The notes beneath the pieces are model-generated. The model worked only from the letters and a program-made list of their open reading frames with translations, did no database searches and had not been told where the DNA came from. A DNA stretch of 64,000 bases, taken from assembly GCA_021432655.1 (NCBI GenBank), contig MU271265.1:1-64000 (forward strand), given 5' to 3'. Positions 31,156-44,174 of this stretch are shown here, piece after piece; the stretch's first letter is position 1, and the number at the start of each line of letters is the position of its first letter. The position numbers and the translations under genes are program-made. Origin of the DNA: Atractiella rhizophila (Eukaryota).

Positions 31156-31425
31156 CGTTGTTTTCTGGACGTCTGTCAGTCTCTTGATCCAAACCTCAGG
31201 ACAATGACCGCTCACCGAACAGAAAGTGGTCTATATTTCGCGATAGAAGCTCGATATCATCAATGAGCGTTTCGTCACAGGCGTCAAAGAAACGGCAGCA
31301 GAAATAATGTGAATGGAAAGCTCTCGTCTTGTCTTCTTTCTCGACTGCGGGACCGAGGCGATGTGTCCCGTGTCCGTAATTCGTGACCACCAAACTTGCG
31401 AAGGCCTTCTCAAAACGACAAAACC

Positions 31426-32435
31426 ATGAATTCCCTCAGTCGGACCCTTTTTCGTGGCCTTAGAGCGAATAGGAGTCTCCATACGACCCCTTCTGCCCGA
31501 TCAGAGTCTTTGTTTGTGGTATGTCGAAGGTTTCCAGAGAGAGAACCAATCATGGCTCATGAGAATATCAGCACCGAGACTCGTCTTACAACAATCCCTC
31601 CGTATGTTTTCACATTTCGTGTCCAAGTCAAACACTCAAGATGTGGTTGTGAATAGCTACCCTTTGAATTTAATGCTCAAAACCTCAAGGTCGCAAATAC
31701 GATCGTCGCGCGGTACCCTCCACAATATAAGAAGGCAGCTGTTATTCCACTGTTGGACCTTGCACAACGGCAGAATAAGGGATGGACGAGCTTGAGTGCT
31801 ATGAATTATGTGGCCAAGTTTCTGCAAATGCCGCCTATGAGAGTTTATGAGGTTGCCACGTTCTATACCATGTTCAATAGGTGCGCTCTCTTTTCTACTT
31901 CACTTGTGGTGCACAATGTTGAAGGGTGCCTGTTGGGTTGAAGAGAGCCAGTGGGAGAACATTTCGTCCAAGTCTGTACCACCACACCGTGCATGCTCAT
32001 GGACTCGACAGCAATTGTAGAGACTATCCTGAAGCATTTGAAGATCGGTCTGGGAGAGACAACACCGGATAAGAAGTTTACTGTCATCGAAGTTGAATGT
32101 CTAGGTGCCTGCTCAAATGCTCCCATGATACAAATCAATGACGAGTACTACGTTCGTTGCTTATTTGTCTTCGATGATTTGAGGACTCACGGGGGATGTA
32201 ATAGGAGGATCTTACGCCGGAAACAACCATCAAGATCTTAGACGAACTTGCCGCAGGGAGGAAGCCCAAACCTGGGCCACAGAGCACAAGACAGACGAGC
32301 GAAAATTCTGCTGGCCTAACCACCCTCCTTGAGAAGGTTTGTCTCCCTCTTTGGTGATGGAATCTGTGAACTAATCTGTCTTGGATACTGTAGCCTCCAG
32401 GACCAGGACAGTTTTGCACTGCTGAGTTCGCATGA
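31426..32435 (+). CDS. NDUFV2: NADH:ubiquinone oxidoreductase 24-kDa 2Fe-2S subunit
   Basis: [44 protein letters not shown] and [18 protein letters not shown]. Confidence 0.97.
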
Positions 32436-32761
32436 TTTCGCACAAAATTACTACATTCACACCTTTGTAACATCCTTTGCATACTCAGGGCGCCTAACTC
32501 GCAATACTTATTTGCCCATTTCATAACAACTATATTAGCATTCTCTGGCAGCAGTTTGTTGTAGCGAAGAAAGTGATGATGTGGACATCCACTAATTTAC
32601 ATCCACTCTCTTGTTGATCACACGTGCATAACTGTTGCCTGCATTGTGATCGGGTTGCCGTTCCCCTCGAAGGTACAAAAGACGACAACTTTTTGCGCTC
32701 CCAATTCTTGCTCATCGCATTCTCCACATTCTGAAAACGCGTCCCATTCCTCAACTACGGT

Positions 32762-34361
32762 ATGCCTGCTTCGAGCATGCTTCGTCTTTCTCTGCGACCC
32801 ACATTAGCACTTCGACGCGGCTTCCACTCGACTTCAACCCTACATAAGCGGGTGATCAAGCCTTTCTTCCTGGCCGATATTGGAGAAGGCATTGCAGAAT
32901 GCGAGGTAGTGAAGTGGTGAGCCCTTTCTTCGAGCCATACAAAGAATAGAGGGTAATAGGCACTGTGGTAGAAGGCTTGTGAAGCCACCTAAGGAACTTG
33001 AACGCTTTGATCCAATATGTGAAGTCCAATCTGACAAGGCTTCAGTGGAGCTCACTTCTCCATTCGATGGCAACCTTGTGAAGACCTTCTGCGAGCAGGG
33101 GGAGATTGTGAAAGTTGGGAGCAAGTTGTGCGAGTTTGAGGTCGAGGAAGATGTCTTGGATGAGGAGGCACAAGAGGACGTTAAACCTGCGGAAGAAGAG
33201 CACCGCGAGAACCAAGAGAGGGGAGAACTAGAGGTCAAGGAACAGGAACAGGAGGACGCAAAAGCAGAGGAAAATGTGTTTGTCCTTGCTACTCCGGCAG
33301 TACGACGAGTAGCAAGGGAGGAAGGAGTTAACCTGTCAAAGATCACCGGGACTGGGAAAGGAGGACGCATAACGAAGGAGGACGTGTTCGCTGCAGCCTC
33401 TGGCGCGTCTCCGTCTGCCCCATCCTCTGGATCTGCACCTGCGCCGACCCAGTCAGGCCCCGCGGTCTCTTACCAAACGCCTTCCTTTGAGTCTCACTCG
33501 ACCTCATCAGCTGAACCAGTGTCTCGTCCTCTCTCCACCGTCCGACGCGCTATGTACAAAGCCATGACATCCTCTCTGTCAATTCCCCACTTCACCTATT
33601 CCGACGAGATTGACGTGACGGAACTGGAAAAGATGCGGCTGAAGCTGAACAAATCAATTCCTTCGCGGTTCAAAAAGGAGCTGTCTCGGAAGGAGAAAGA
33701 GCCAGCCGACCGTGTACCTGAAGGCTCGAGATTCGATCGGCTTACTATGCTACCCTTATTCGTCAAAGCATTATCTTATGTCCTACGCGATCACCCCATC
33801 TTCCGATCGAAACTTGTCGTGCCTGATGGTCAACTCGAGAAGGCTACACTCTTAGAATCTCCAAAAGGATTAATTTCCCTCGCCCTTTCATCTCCTCTCG
33901 GTGGTGGCCTCTTTACTCCTTGCCTTCCAAACGTTGGCGATGCCACAGTATTTGAGGTTGCGTCGACGATAGCCTATCTCCAATCTCTCGCTCTTGCTTC
34001 TCCGACTCCCAAGTTCCCCGAGCCATTCAGAACTCCCGGCACCATCACACTCTCCAACATTGGGTCAATAGGAGGAACTTATACGCATCCTGTCATTCCT
34101 CCAGGAGGTCAACTTGCCATTGGTGCCTTGGGGAAGGCAAAGGTGCTGCCTCGTTACGTGGGAAAGGAGCAAGAGATTGCAAAACGAGAGGCGGTTGCTG
34201 AGTATGAGGGAGAAGAAGCAAGCTGGGAGCCGAGGCTGATCATGAATGTTTCCTTCAGCGGAGATCACAGGGTCGTGGAAGGTATGGAGTTAGCTATGTT
34301 GGTGAAAGATTGGAAGGAATTGGTGGAGAATCCAGAGAATATGATTGGTCTGGGACGATGA
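32762..34361 (+). CDS. DBT: Branched-chain alpha-keto acid dehydrogenase E2 (dihydrolipoyl transacylase)
   Basis: LADIGEGIAECEVVKW, lipoyl site EVQSDKA, ATPAVRR...GTGKGGRITKED, IPHFTYSDE, LSNIGSIGG and DHRVVEG. Confidence 0.93.
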
Positions 34362-34906
34362 GTATCTATTTAATTTGTGTTGCAAGTGTATTTCTGCATC
34401 AATTGATTGTGATATTCCATGGATCACAAACATGGAGGCAATTTGTAATTAAGTACAGACCTCGTTGACAATGCTCACCTGTCACCTGAATTCTCCATGT
34501 TCTTCCGCAGCAAAGTCAATCATCTTCATAATTTTAGACACGCATTCTCTCGGTGGTAAGGACGAGCAATAAACTTGAGGTGCCTTGATGCTCGTATGGC
34601 TTCAACTAAGATAGTCTCACTCGTTATACGTACCCTAAGCAAACCAATAAGCAACCGGCTGAAAACACAGGCACAAGAGGTTTGTCCTTCCTACTAACAC
34701 GTCTCCTCATTTGCTAACTTGGTGGGTGCAGCATCCATGGTTTCGTGAGAGAGTATTATCACTAGCCCAGGTGATCCTCTTTAGTGTATACCTAATCAGA
34801 CGACGGCTAGCTGAGTAGCAGGAACCCAGTTTATGCACAGGTCGGAGATGAGGGTAGGTTCCTGTGCTGTCCCTTCGAAATGATAATCTAACTTATCAAT
34901 GATTAG

Positions 34907-35659
34907 ATGCGCACAGGGCTACTGAGGGATCCGCTAGAAGCTAATGTGCCCATACGTCCGCTGAATGAGGCAAAGGCGATCCAAGTATTTTCTCTGCTTC
35001 CTTTCTTGGACCCAGCTGAACACAGCTGACAGAACGGCGCAAATTTCATTTCAGAATCTTTTCTCTTCGCGGTGGCACTGGCACTAAGTTTGTAGCTTCT
35101 CTTTCCTGGGAAGTCTTCCTTTGATATTGTGCAATATAGTTTTAGGAGAAAGCTATCGAGGTTTGCTCCTCGCTCAAAGTTCGGCACGGAACTCCTAACT
35201 CAGATGTCTTTGCAGGTTACCGAAAAGACACAAACCGTCGAAACTATGTGGATGAACAGCTCGACAATCTCTCAGGTCAAATAGCAGAGTTAAAGTGCGT
35301 TGAAGTCTAAGCGGGATAAATTACCTGACTCAACTAAATGTTCGCAGTAATCGAATACACTCAACCAACCAAGAACTTCTAGAACGGCTGAAAGAGACAG
35401 AGGCAAGTCGGGATCTTTTCCTTGGAAGAGAAGATGAGTACTGACATGGCCCAAACGACGTACTTAACCCCATTGTGAAATTTGTCCGTGCGACAACATA
35501 ATACAGGAACGGTCCGAAGAATTGAAACTGATTATAGAGAGGATGCTGGAGAGTGCATTAAGAGGGAATGTTGTGCTCGATGCTGGTGTTGAACAAAAAC
35601 GAAAAACTACGGACAATAGTAGACTGATCAGCTTTTTACATCCTCCTAATAATGAATAA
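34907..35659 (+). CDS. Hypothetical multi-exon coiled-coil protein
   Basis: Short exon-like blocks bounded by splice signals: YVDEQLDNLSGQIAELK | NRIHSTNQELLERLKETE | ERSEELKLIIERML...NNE*. Start unknown. Confidence 0.3.
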
Positions 35660-35841
35660 TTTGAACTCTTACAAGGCAGCTCTGTTTCCCGTAATTCAAC
35701 AAAGGGTGGGGCAACACGACCTTAACATGGACTGAAAATTGGTTCGACGGACCATCAGCATCGAGCAGCTAAAGGGGAGGGATGGACGAACATGAACAAC
35801 AGCTTTAGTCGTAGAAGGAGTGCCTACCAAAGAAACGCACA

Positions 35842-38671
35842 TTAATACCTCCAATGAAGCATCGAGTAGTATGAAGTATCTATACCTAATCCACCGTAAA
35901 CCTGCCCGTACGAGGTTGTCCACGTAGGAATCGAGCCAGATCCCCTCTTTACTGTAATAGTGTGACGCTGAGGACCTTGTTCCGGGGATGGTCGCGCATA
36001 ATACCACCGGAGAAGCTGACCGTCACTCTCCCAAGTCCCACTGGATACGGAGACGTCGAGATCCAGTGCCCAACGGTCCTCTTCATCGGAATCGGAATCA
36101 ACGGACAGATTTGTCTCTCTTCGTGCTTGCTCCTTGCCCTCATCTTCTCGAATTTGCGGAGCGATGTCGCGCGGATGGGCTGCGTAGTGAACATGAGGGA
36201 CGTAGACAACTGTGGCGAGGCCGTCCGATGCAACGTCATCGAAGGCGACTTCAATAGTGAGAGTAAAGGTGGAAGACTTGATGTCAAAATTGATATCCAC
36301 TGGTTTACCAACGGTTGCCATCGGATAAGGCCGACAAAAGGCACTGAGAGCTCGAGTTCCATCATTCAGTTGAAGCATCTCCAGTGTCGACTCAGTAGTT
36401 CCCATTGTCGCCAGACTTTCCAGCGTAGGACCTGTGAGATGAGTGCGAGAGCCGTTGAAGGGAACCTTGGAGAGCTGAGTCGTGGATTCATAAGGTGTGT
36501 AATTTTGGGAGGTAAGGCTCTGTGACGACGAGGAAAGGAATGTCTTGCTAGGCGGTCCCAACGTCAAGGCACTCCTTTCTCGAGCCTTCATCCTCGCATC
36601 ATCCGCACTGAACAAGCTGAAGTCCTCTCCGTTCCACAGGTCGCCATGCTCGTGCGAGCTGTTCGGCGCATACGTCCAAACGGTATAATTGAGACAGTTG
36701 CCTCCATCGCAGGCATTCAGGGAAGCATCTAGCGCTCGCGTCTGATTGCTGTAGTTCCCGTCTTTGTACGCTTGCTTGTCATCCAGGTCGAAGGGGATGC
36801 CAATCTCTCCTATCATCGTAGGGAAGTCCCCCATGCAATCGAATGTATCTTGTCGAAGGTATCCAAGCTGATCCCGAAAGCACCGCCGGATGGCGGCTTC
36901 ACCAATTTTGATGGCGAATGGTATTCCTAGATATTTGCCTCTCAAGACTCCCATGGCGTCGGCGTTAAACCAGTTCTGGACAAGTGTCAGTCATCCCAAG
37001 TAGCGAAGAAGGTAGCACCCGTACCCAATGTTTGGAAATAAGGGTCCTACAGTGTCGTCAGTTGCGGAAAGAAGAAGAATACACCAATACTCACAGTCCG
37101 TCATAAAAATGAGTGCTGTAACATGCACGCCCGTTGAAGAGAGCTTTCGTCTGTTCATCGCACGGAGACGGAACATGGAAGACAGGTGTGGCGAGGAAAA
37201 CGATTGCTTCGCGATGAATTTCTCGAATCATGAGAGCCCATTGCCTCCAGAACGGGTAAAGATAATCGGAATCGTAGTGTACCTGCCTTTTCGAACGGGA
37301 CGGAGATTTGAAGTAGTCGGGTTGGAGAAGTTGCTTTGTCTCAACGTCCCAGACGCCGTGTTGAGCCCAAATGCACATCCCAAGCTTCCAATTCGGATCT
37401 CTTCTCCAACCCCACGGACTAAGGCCGTCTGGCTCACTCTGCGGATCAAGCCACACCGTCTTCCCTTTCGGATCCCACGTGCAATCACCGTCCCTCTTGC
37501 TCCCTAGACTTGTGAACTTGTAGTACTCCACTTTCAAGGCCTCTCCCATACCCAACCTCATCCCTTGAAACGGAGTAGGCATTGCTCCTATTCGTAAAAC
37601 GCACTCTTCTCCGAGTTCGAGCAGTTTTTCTCTCCCAGCCAAACCTCCATTCGGCTCGTTCCAGGAATCCCAACCAATCACGCAGCTGTCGAGCAGATCC
37701 CCAGCGTCCCGGACTGCTTCCATGAGCTGACGGCATGCGGTGAAGTAGTGCATCTGCAACCAGTCCTGAATGTTCATTCCATCGATGATACATTTGGGGG
37801 CAAAGTCTCGCCCAGCGAAGAAGAGGGTGTTGAGGGTTTGACAGGCAAAGTGGTCGTAGTTGGTAGCCCAAATCATCTTCGGGAAGTCCTGTGACGTCTC
37901 TGGCGTCTGATGGCCTGCAGGCGGCCATTCGCAATGGACGATGGCAGCGTTCGTTGCTTGCGAATGAAGTCAGCTAGTGCCCATAGCCTACCACATGCAC
38001 GCACCCATAAAGTTCCGCGGATTCAGGCCACAAGCAATGACAGCCCAATATGGAGCACCGTCGCCTCCTGAGAACCGTGAGAACTATCGAAAGGGGAGAG
38101 CTGTTTAGCTCGAGAGTACTGAAGGACAAAAAAGGGGCTGACGAGGTCCTGATGAGGGTCCATGTAGACTCGAAATCCATACTCCTTCACCTTCCTTAGC
38201 ATCCTAATCGTGTAATGGATCCACTCGACATCATACTTTCCCCTGGATAAAGAAAGTGGAAGGCAAATTACACAATGCCAACAATAGCAACAACACCGCA
38301 CTGGAGGGGAAAGGAGCAAGTGCTTACGGTCCATCATGCTCAATCGCTTCCCAAGTAAAAAGATATCTCAAACAGTTGAATCCCCACTCCCTCAGACGCT
38401 CAAGATGCTTATCTGCCTCCCCGTCGTCCAACCCAAAAACGGTATCCACAAAGCTGACGTCCACGCTACCAGGCGTGTCCACCGACTCCCAGAACCCGTC
38501 CAGTTTCCAACTCGGCCTCCCACGAGGATTCTTCGCGGAGGCACAAGCATTTACACCCCGTAGTAAGAGTACGCGACCGTGATTATCCCTGAAATTCGAC
38601 GAGTTGGCGTGAACATAAAACGTCGGAACGGGCTCCCCTGTCACGGGAGAATGTGTTGGTGGGAGGGGCAT
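35842..38671 (-). CDS. GH5 endoglycoceramidase-related / steryl-beta-glucosidase
   Basis: [33 protein letters not shown], acid/base WNEP, THFYDGL, nucleophile [25 protein letters not shown] and RPYP. 3' end approximate. Confidence 0.9.
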
Positions 38672-39063
38672 TTCGTTCGATTCGTGCAGTATGGTGGCAA
38701 GTTGGTCGTTAGGGGTGAATGATGAATACTGGGCCCTTGCCTTGACCCTTTTGTGCTCAGCCCTTGTCTGGAGAGAGTCGTCGCCGCCGTCTTGTCATTC
38801 CCGATGGATGCTGACCCAGAATCGTGGATGGCCCTATCATTGGCCGAATAAAACGACACGGTCCCGACTTTCGGATTGGACGACTTTTTGCAGCTTTCTT
38901 GGTATTTACGCATCTAAGAACGCTTGCATGTCTTCTTGACGCTTGCGCATACGAAAGGCATAAGCAGAGAACGATGGGCGCCGAAAATAGTAGGTAACCT
39001 AGATGCTATACAAACATTTGTTCAATTTCGTTTACAGCAACTTCTAGTTTACATCACCACCAA

Positions 39064-40026
39064 TCAGTGCGCATACTGTTATATCCAATTAGCCCAATCT
39101 CCAGATCAGGTACGGTAGGAAGAGGACAGACCTTCTGGACATAAGCCTGCGCCTCCTTTGTAAACTTTGCCTTGTCGTTCGAGTAGACCTCAGCGATGGA
39201 GGCGACAAGGGCATCTTCCGCTACGGAAGAGGCAGCAACGAGTCAGCTCGTCCCTCTTGGCCAGATCAAAAGAGCGTACGATTGGGTTCGGCTAGAAGTT
39301 GAGAAAGAGCGCGGAGGACTGTGATCAAGCAGCCAAGATTGTCAGAAGGAATGCATTATGAGAGATATCCAAGACGAACCTTGATCAATTTTTGTAGATG
39401 GCTTCCATTGGTCCGGTTTCCTTGCACACATTCAGTCGTTTTCTCTGGTGCACGAACCAGAAATGACATACAAAAGACCAATACAGATTCCGCCGTCTTC
39501 TGTGATGTTTGGATGATATATTCTCGTGAGCTACACGATGGAATTGGCATCAACATGAAGCATCAAGGCGATCCAGACGAATCACGCACGAATTTAACCT
39601 GCAACGCATTAAAATCTCACTTCCCATTCTCTCAATGATACGAGGAAGAAAAACCGTACCACTGGTGCCTATTGCCATCCAAGCAACGCGAAACACAGGT
39701 AAGACGCAAACAGCGCGGATGATGAGCTCATCGCACCTTAAATGGGTAATCTAAAGAGAACCTGGGTATTTCGTCAATTTTGTTAAGACACAAGAGAAAG
39801 TCGCGGACGTGATATCAATCTTGAACTTGCCGCCAGCGTAATACGGTTCGGGTCCTTCAAGTTGCAATCACTGTTGGATTTGGGATGGCGCATAGAAGGC
39901 AGACGAACCAGTGAGGACTCCAACCCAATGATAAAGGTTGCTCTCATCGGGATTGACATCGATGCCCTCTATGCCTTCCTTCTGAATGTCTGCGTATTCT
40001 TTTTGAATTCTTCTGAGTGCTGCCAT
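39064..40026 (-). CDS. Ubiquitin-conjugating enzyme E2, 10 exons
   Basis: Manual GT-AG splicing gives MAALRRIQKEYADI...LYHWVGVLTG-PEPYYAGGKFKIDIT-FSLDYPFK-APV-VKF-LTRIYHPNITEDGGICIGLL-KPDQWKPSTKIDQ-VLRALSQLLAEPNP-EDALVASIAEVYSNDKAKFTKEAQAYVQK-YAH*. HPN motif and active-site Cys are intact. Not in the ORF track. Confidence 0.93.
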
Positions 40027-40303
40027 AGCGTATGTCGTATGTCTTGATGTGTCGTTATCTGAAGTTTGGAAGACTTATGCACAAGACTAAAGACCTAGTC
40101 AGGTGACCTAATCACTGTTGAAACGGAAATGCATGGCCATACATAGACACACATTCGAAGCAAAGTGGCACGCGAGCACGTTCGACTTTATCCCAATCCA
40201 AGGGGAGAACGTGCCCTTGGCCGTACTATCGTTTATAACCCCCAGATAACCCCTCGTTCGACTCCCTAGACGTCCTTAGGTCTCTTCGCAAGAAATATCA
40301 AAG

Positions 40304-41182
40304 ATGCACAGAGTTACCCTGCCTCCACTTTCCAGTATTATCAAGGATTGTGACCTTCCCAGCGAGTTCTCGAAAAAGGACAACGTGAGAACTTCCCTGA
40401 TAACTCTCAAACGTTACAAATGACATGTCTGGATAGGACACAAACAGGTCTCCCAATTATGTACGACGGTCGACACGACCAGCGAAACAAGTCGGTTCCT
40501 ATGTAGTGGACATTCCCTCCCAAACTCCCACCCCGACCCCAGATCCATCACCCTCAATTACTCCTTCAAATCCCGCTTCGGTTGCAGCGGCAACAAAAAA
40601 GACGACGAGGAAAGTCTCACGGAAGGTGTCGCACTCTTTGATAGAGAGGAGAAGGCGCGAGAAGATCAACGACTGCCTCGACACGCTCAAGAATATCGTC
40701 CCCCAATGCCAGGAACAAATGAGCAACAAGATGGCTGCGAAGCAGCAAAAGCTAGAAATGGCCAAGAAGTGCAAGAGGAGAAAAAAGAAGGATGAGGCAC
40801 AAAACGAGGAGCTTTTGGAGGAGGAGGAAGATGGAACTGGGGCTGGATTGCACAAGCTCGAAATCTTGCAGGTACGTCCAATTCTCCATCTTTAATCGAG
40901 TCCTGACAAGAGGAGCAGGCGACAGTGTCTTACATTCAAGAGCTCCAATCAGCTCTAGACTCACTTCGCGCAGCTTCTCAAGCCTCGCCTACCTCTCGCT
41001 CCTTTCCCACCCCTTCATCCGTTAACACGTCCACCTCTCCCTCCGTGTCCCCTCGTCTTGGGTTCAATGCAGCTGAGCCTCCTGCTCTTATCTTGCCACC
41101 ACCCTTCTTCGCTCTTCCCGCAGGCAGGAAAGAGGACGAGGATTATGCGGCCACCGGCCTTTTGAGCCTGCGCTTCTCTTAG
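40304..41182 (+). CDS. bHLH transcription factor
   Basis: KVSHSLIERRRREKINDCLDTLKNIVP...LHKLEILQ...YIQELQ. Start inferred from upstream MHRVTLPPLSSI and uncertain. Confidence 0.85.
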
Positions 41183-41699
41183 TCGTTTGAAAGCCATGAC
41201 GGAGATGATTATTCCATGTTATGTGATTTCTCTTTCCATTTTCCCATGCATCTGGCAGTACCAAAAATGTTGTACGAGTTTTACTATGTCTCAAATGGAA
41301 TCGAGAGCAAGTGCGGTTGCTTGAAATATTGATAGTATTGGCTGTATAATTTTCAAGGTTACAGTATCAGGAATAGGTCGAGAGTACCGTCTTTGCCATG
41401 ACCTGGCAAACTGGCACTTGAACAGATTGATTGAAAACTATGCATGAACAAGAAGGATTGAACGCAAGTTTAGGTAACGTCAAACGCTGAACTCTTGAAA
41501 CGAAACGAGGGGTGAAGTGGACGGATTGGACTGTATATTGATGGATATCACTGCATGACGGGAGAAAGTAAAAACGGGAAGGAGGGGTAGATAGAAATAC
41601 AATGCCGACGTCGAACTGGAGAACGAGGTGAGCAAACGTGAGGGTAATCTAATCCGGATCGAAAATCAAGTACCAAAAATTGTTAATCACCAAGGTCAT

Positions 41700-43899
41700 C
41701 TAAAGTGCCCTTCCAGTCCCACCCACATCTGAATTATTGCGAGCGTTGAACTCCTCCAACTCCTCAGCCGGGGTCTCGGGGAGCGCTTCATATCCCTCCC
41801 CTTCCTGACCGTCCCAAGGATTCCTCTCCCCATCCTCTGTCGTACTAGTCGCTTCGGTCATCATGCTTTGTTGTCCCACACTACTCGCATGGCTAGACTG
41901 ATGTGCCAGTGGTGGACGGAGCGAGCCCGAAGTTGGGATGGGAGGGATGACGGGAGGTTCTGAAGGAATAGTAGGTGTGGCAGAAGTTAATGGTTGAGGA
42001 ATCGAAGGAGCAGGTGCGGAGTCGTCTGTAGAATGGGAGGAGCGAGGACGGCCCCCTTGCATGTGGATTTGATTGGGAAGGGATATTGGAGCAGAGACGA
42101 TTGATGCGGCCTGCAAGCCGGAGGAAATGATGGAGGAGGAGGCTGTGTGAGATTCCCTTCGACCATGCCGATGAAACAGAGAGGAGAGACCGGAATGGTG
42201 TGAGTGGCCAGTATGCTGAGGTGTCATCTGCCGAGGTGTAGCTACTCCGCTGCCACCACCACTGCCGCCACCTAAGCTCACGCTTCCACTGGGCGACGCA
42301 TGAGGGATTTCCAAAGAGTGTGAAGAATCGGTCCGCTGACTCGACTGGAGTTGTTGCGACGGTTGAGACTGTCCTCCATTCTGTGCCTCGCGCTCCCGGG
42401 CTTCCCGCTCCTTCCTCTCCCGCTCCGCCTCTTCCAGTAAGCTCAAGCGCATCGCCTCCATCACCATCAGCTCCTCCAAATCTTGTCCGCTCATCACCAA
42501 CTGTCCTTCCCCATTTCCGCGGCGCCGGGAGCGCCGGCCCTCTTCTTGACCGTCAGCAGATGTGCGACCAGAAGTGATGCCAATGGGAACAAGACGGTCT
42601 GAAATGCCGCTTCAAGTCATGAAAGCCGCTATGCCAATAAAACGCACCTCCAACTTGCCGGAATACCCAGCGTCTGTTTGCGCGTCGCGCGATTGTCGCT
42701 TGCACTGCAGCTAATTTCGCCTCCCAATTGGGATGAATGTGGTCTGTTTAAGAATACTAATAAGAATGAATTGTTACATGGAGAGAGTGTACTCACCGAC
42801 GAGGACGACTTCTGGCGAGTTTGCAGCTATGCTCTTCCGTCTCCTCTGTCCGTCCCTCGACGAACCTTGAGGCATTTTCGACTAAGCGACTCTAATCAGC
42901 TCACAGGAAGAACTTGAGAGACAGACGTACATCGGTATCAGATGACAAGACTCTAGGAGGGTCGTAGATAATGCCAAAGTTGGGTACACCGCAATATGGA
43001 CATGAAGCGGCCTCGGAGGTCGGGTTCGTGATCGTCGGGTCTGCACGTTTTATTTGGATGAAACATTCTGTGCAGATTTCCTGCTGACAGCATCGTGATC
43101 TGTTTATGAGAGGGGAATAGTTTCTTCATCCCATAACATCATGAGAAAGGGAAGGACAAAGAGGTTAAGGAAGGACGAACAGGAAGCAGATTGGACATTC
43201 TACCGCCTCCCCCAGATAGGAGGATATTTCTCCCTTCTTTTCCTTCTCCCCAGGACCAAAGGGGTAGATGTGTGGAGGATTCGCGAGGACGGGCGGAAGT
43301 GGAAGCTCCTTCTCTTTCCTCCTGCCCGCATGAGAGGAAGGAAGCATTGTGCTCGAACCTCCTCCACCTCCAGCAGCCTGCGAAGAAGGAGGCAGATCTC
43401 CGCCATCGCTCATGAAAGAATTGCTGAGGCTGGAAATTTCTCCTCCTCCTCCGGAAGACCCAGTGCTGAGAAGTCCCCCAAACGCACCTCTCATCGCCCC
43501 CTCATTCGCCGCCCTCTCCGCGGCTCTCCTCGCCTGCTCTCTCGCCTCCTGACGCTGAGCCATTTCCTCCTCCGCCTCCTTGATCGCCTTCTTAACTCTA
43601 TCCCTCGCCATCTGATCCGCTTCCTTCAACTTGTCCTCAATCTCCTCCTCGCCCCAGCTTGATTCGTAATCCTCCAAGCCTCGGAAGAACGGCGCCAATC
43701 TCCTATCGACTATGAGTCTCTGGACTATAGCTCGGTTGTAAGCTTCCGGTTGGGGAGTAGAAGCGTAGACATGGGAAACGGGCAGGATTCTACCTCCGTC
43801 TACGATGGTGTCTATGTCGATTGGAGGGGTCGCTTGGCGCGGTGGGGAGGATGAGTGTTTGCCGTTGTTCCCGCCTTGGGTAGAGTGATTCTGGCCCAT
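41700..43899 (-). CDS. SIP5: Sip5-like protein (Snf1-Reg1 interacting)
   Basis: MG N-terminus, VDGG..LP, LIVDRRLAPFFRGL, ECPICFL, SRCCQQEICTECFIQIKRADP and DLEELMVMEAMRLSL. Confidence 0.85.
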
Positions 43900-44174
43900 C
43901 TTGGGTGTGCTGAGCCTGCAAGCAAAGGGAGATGGTCGTCGTTGGTGGATGTGAGCTCCGAGAGTTTGAATTATGACCGCATTCCAGCCGAGTCGCGTGC
44001 GCATTTCTCACTGAGCTTGGGGTTTCAAAAGGAGGGACATGATGAAAGTATCGTCATCGCTAAATAGAGGAATGACAAACGAAGCAGACGGGTTACAGGT
44101 TGAACGGCATGTTGTTACATTCTTACATCCACTGAGCAAAGCACAAGACATCGTAACAAACGGGTAGCATGGAT

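Noticed and set aside
34255..34285. DHRVVEG instead of DHRxxDG in BCKDH E2
   Set aside because: The catalytic His is retained and the change is conservative; no basis to infer altered function.
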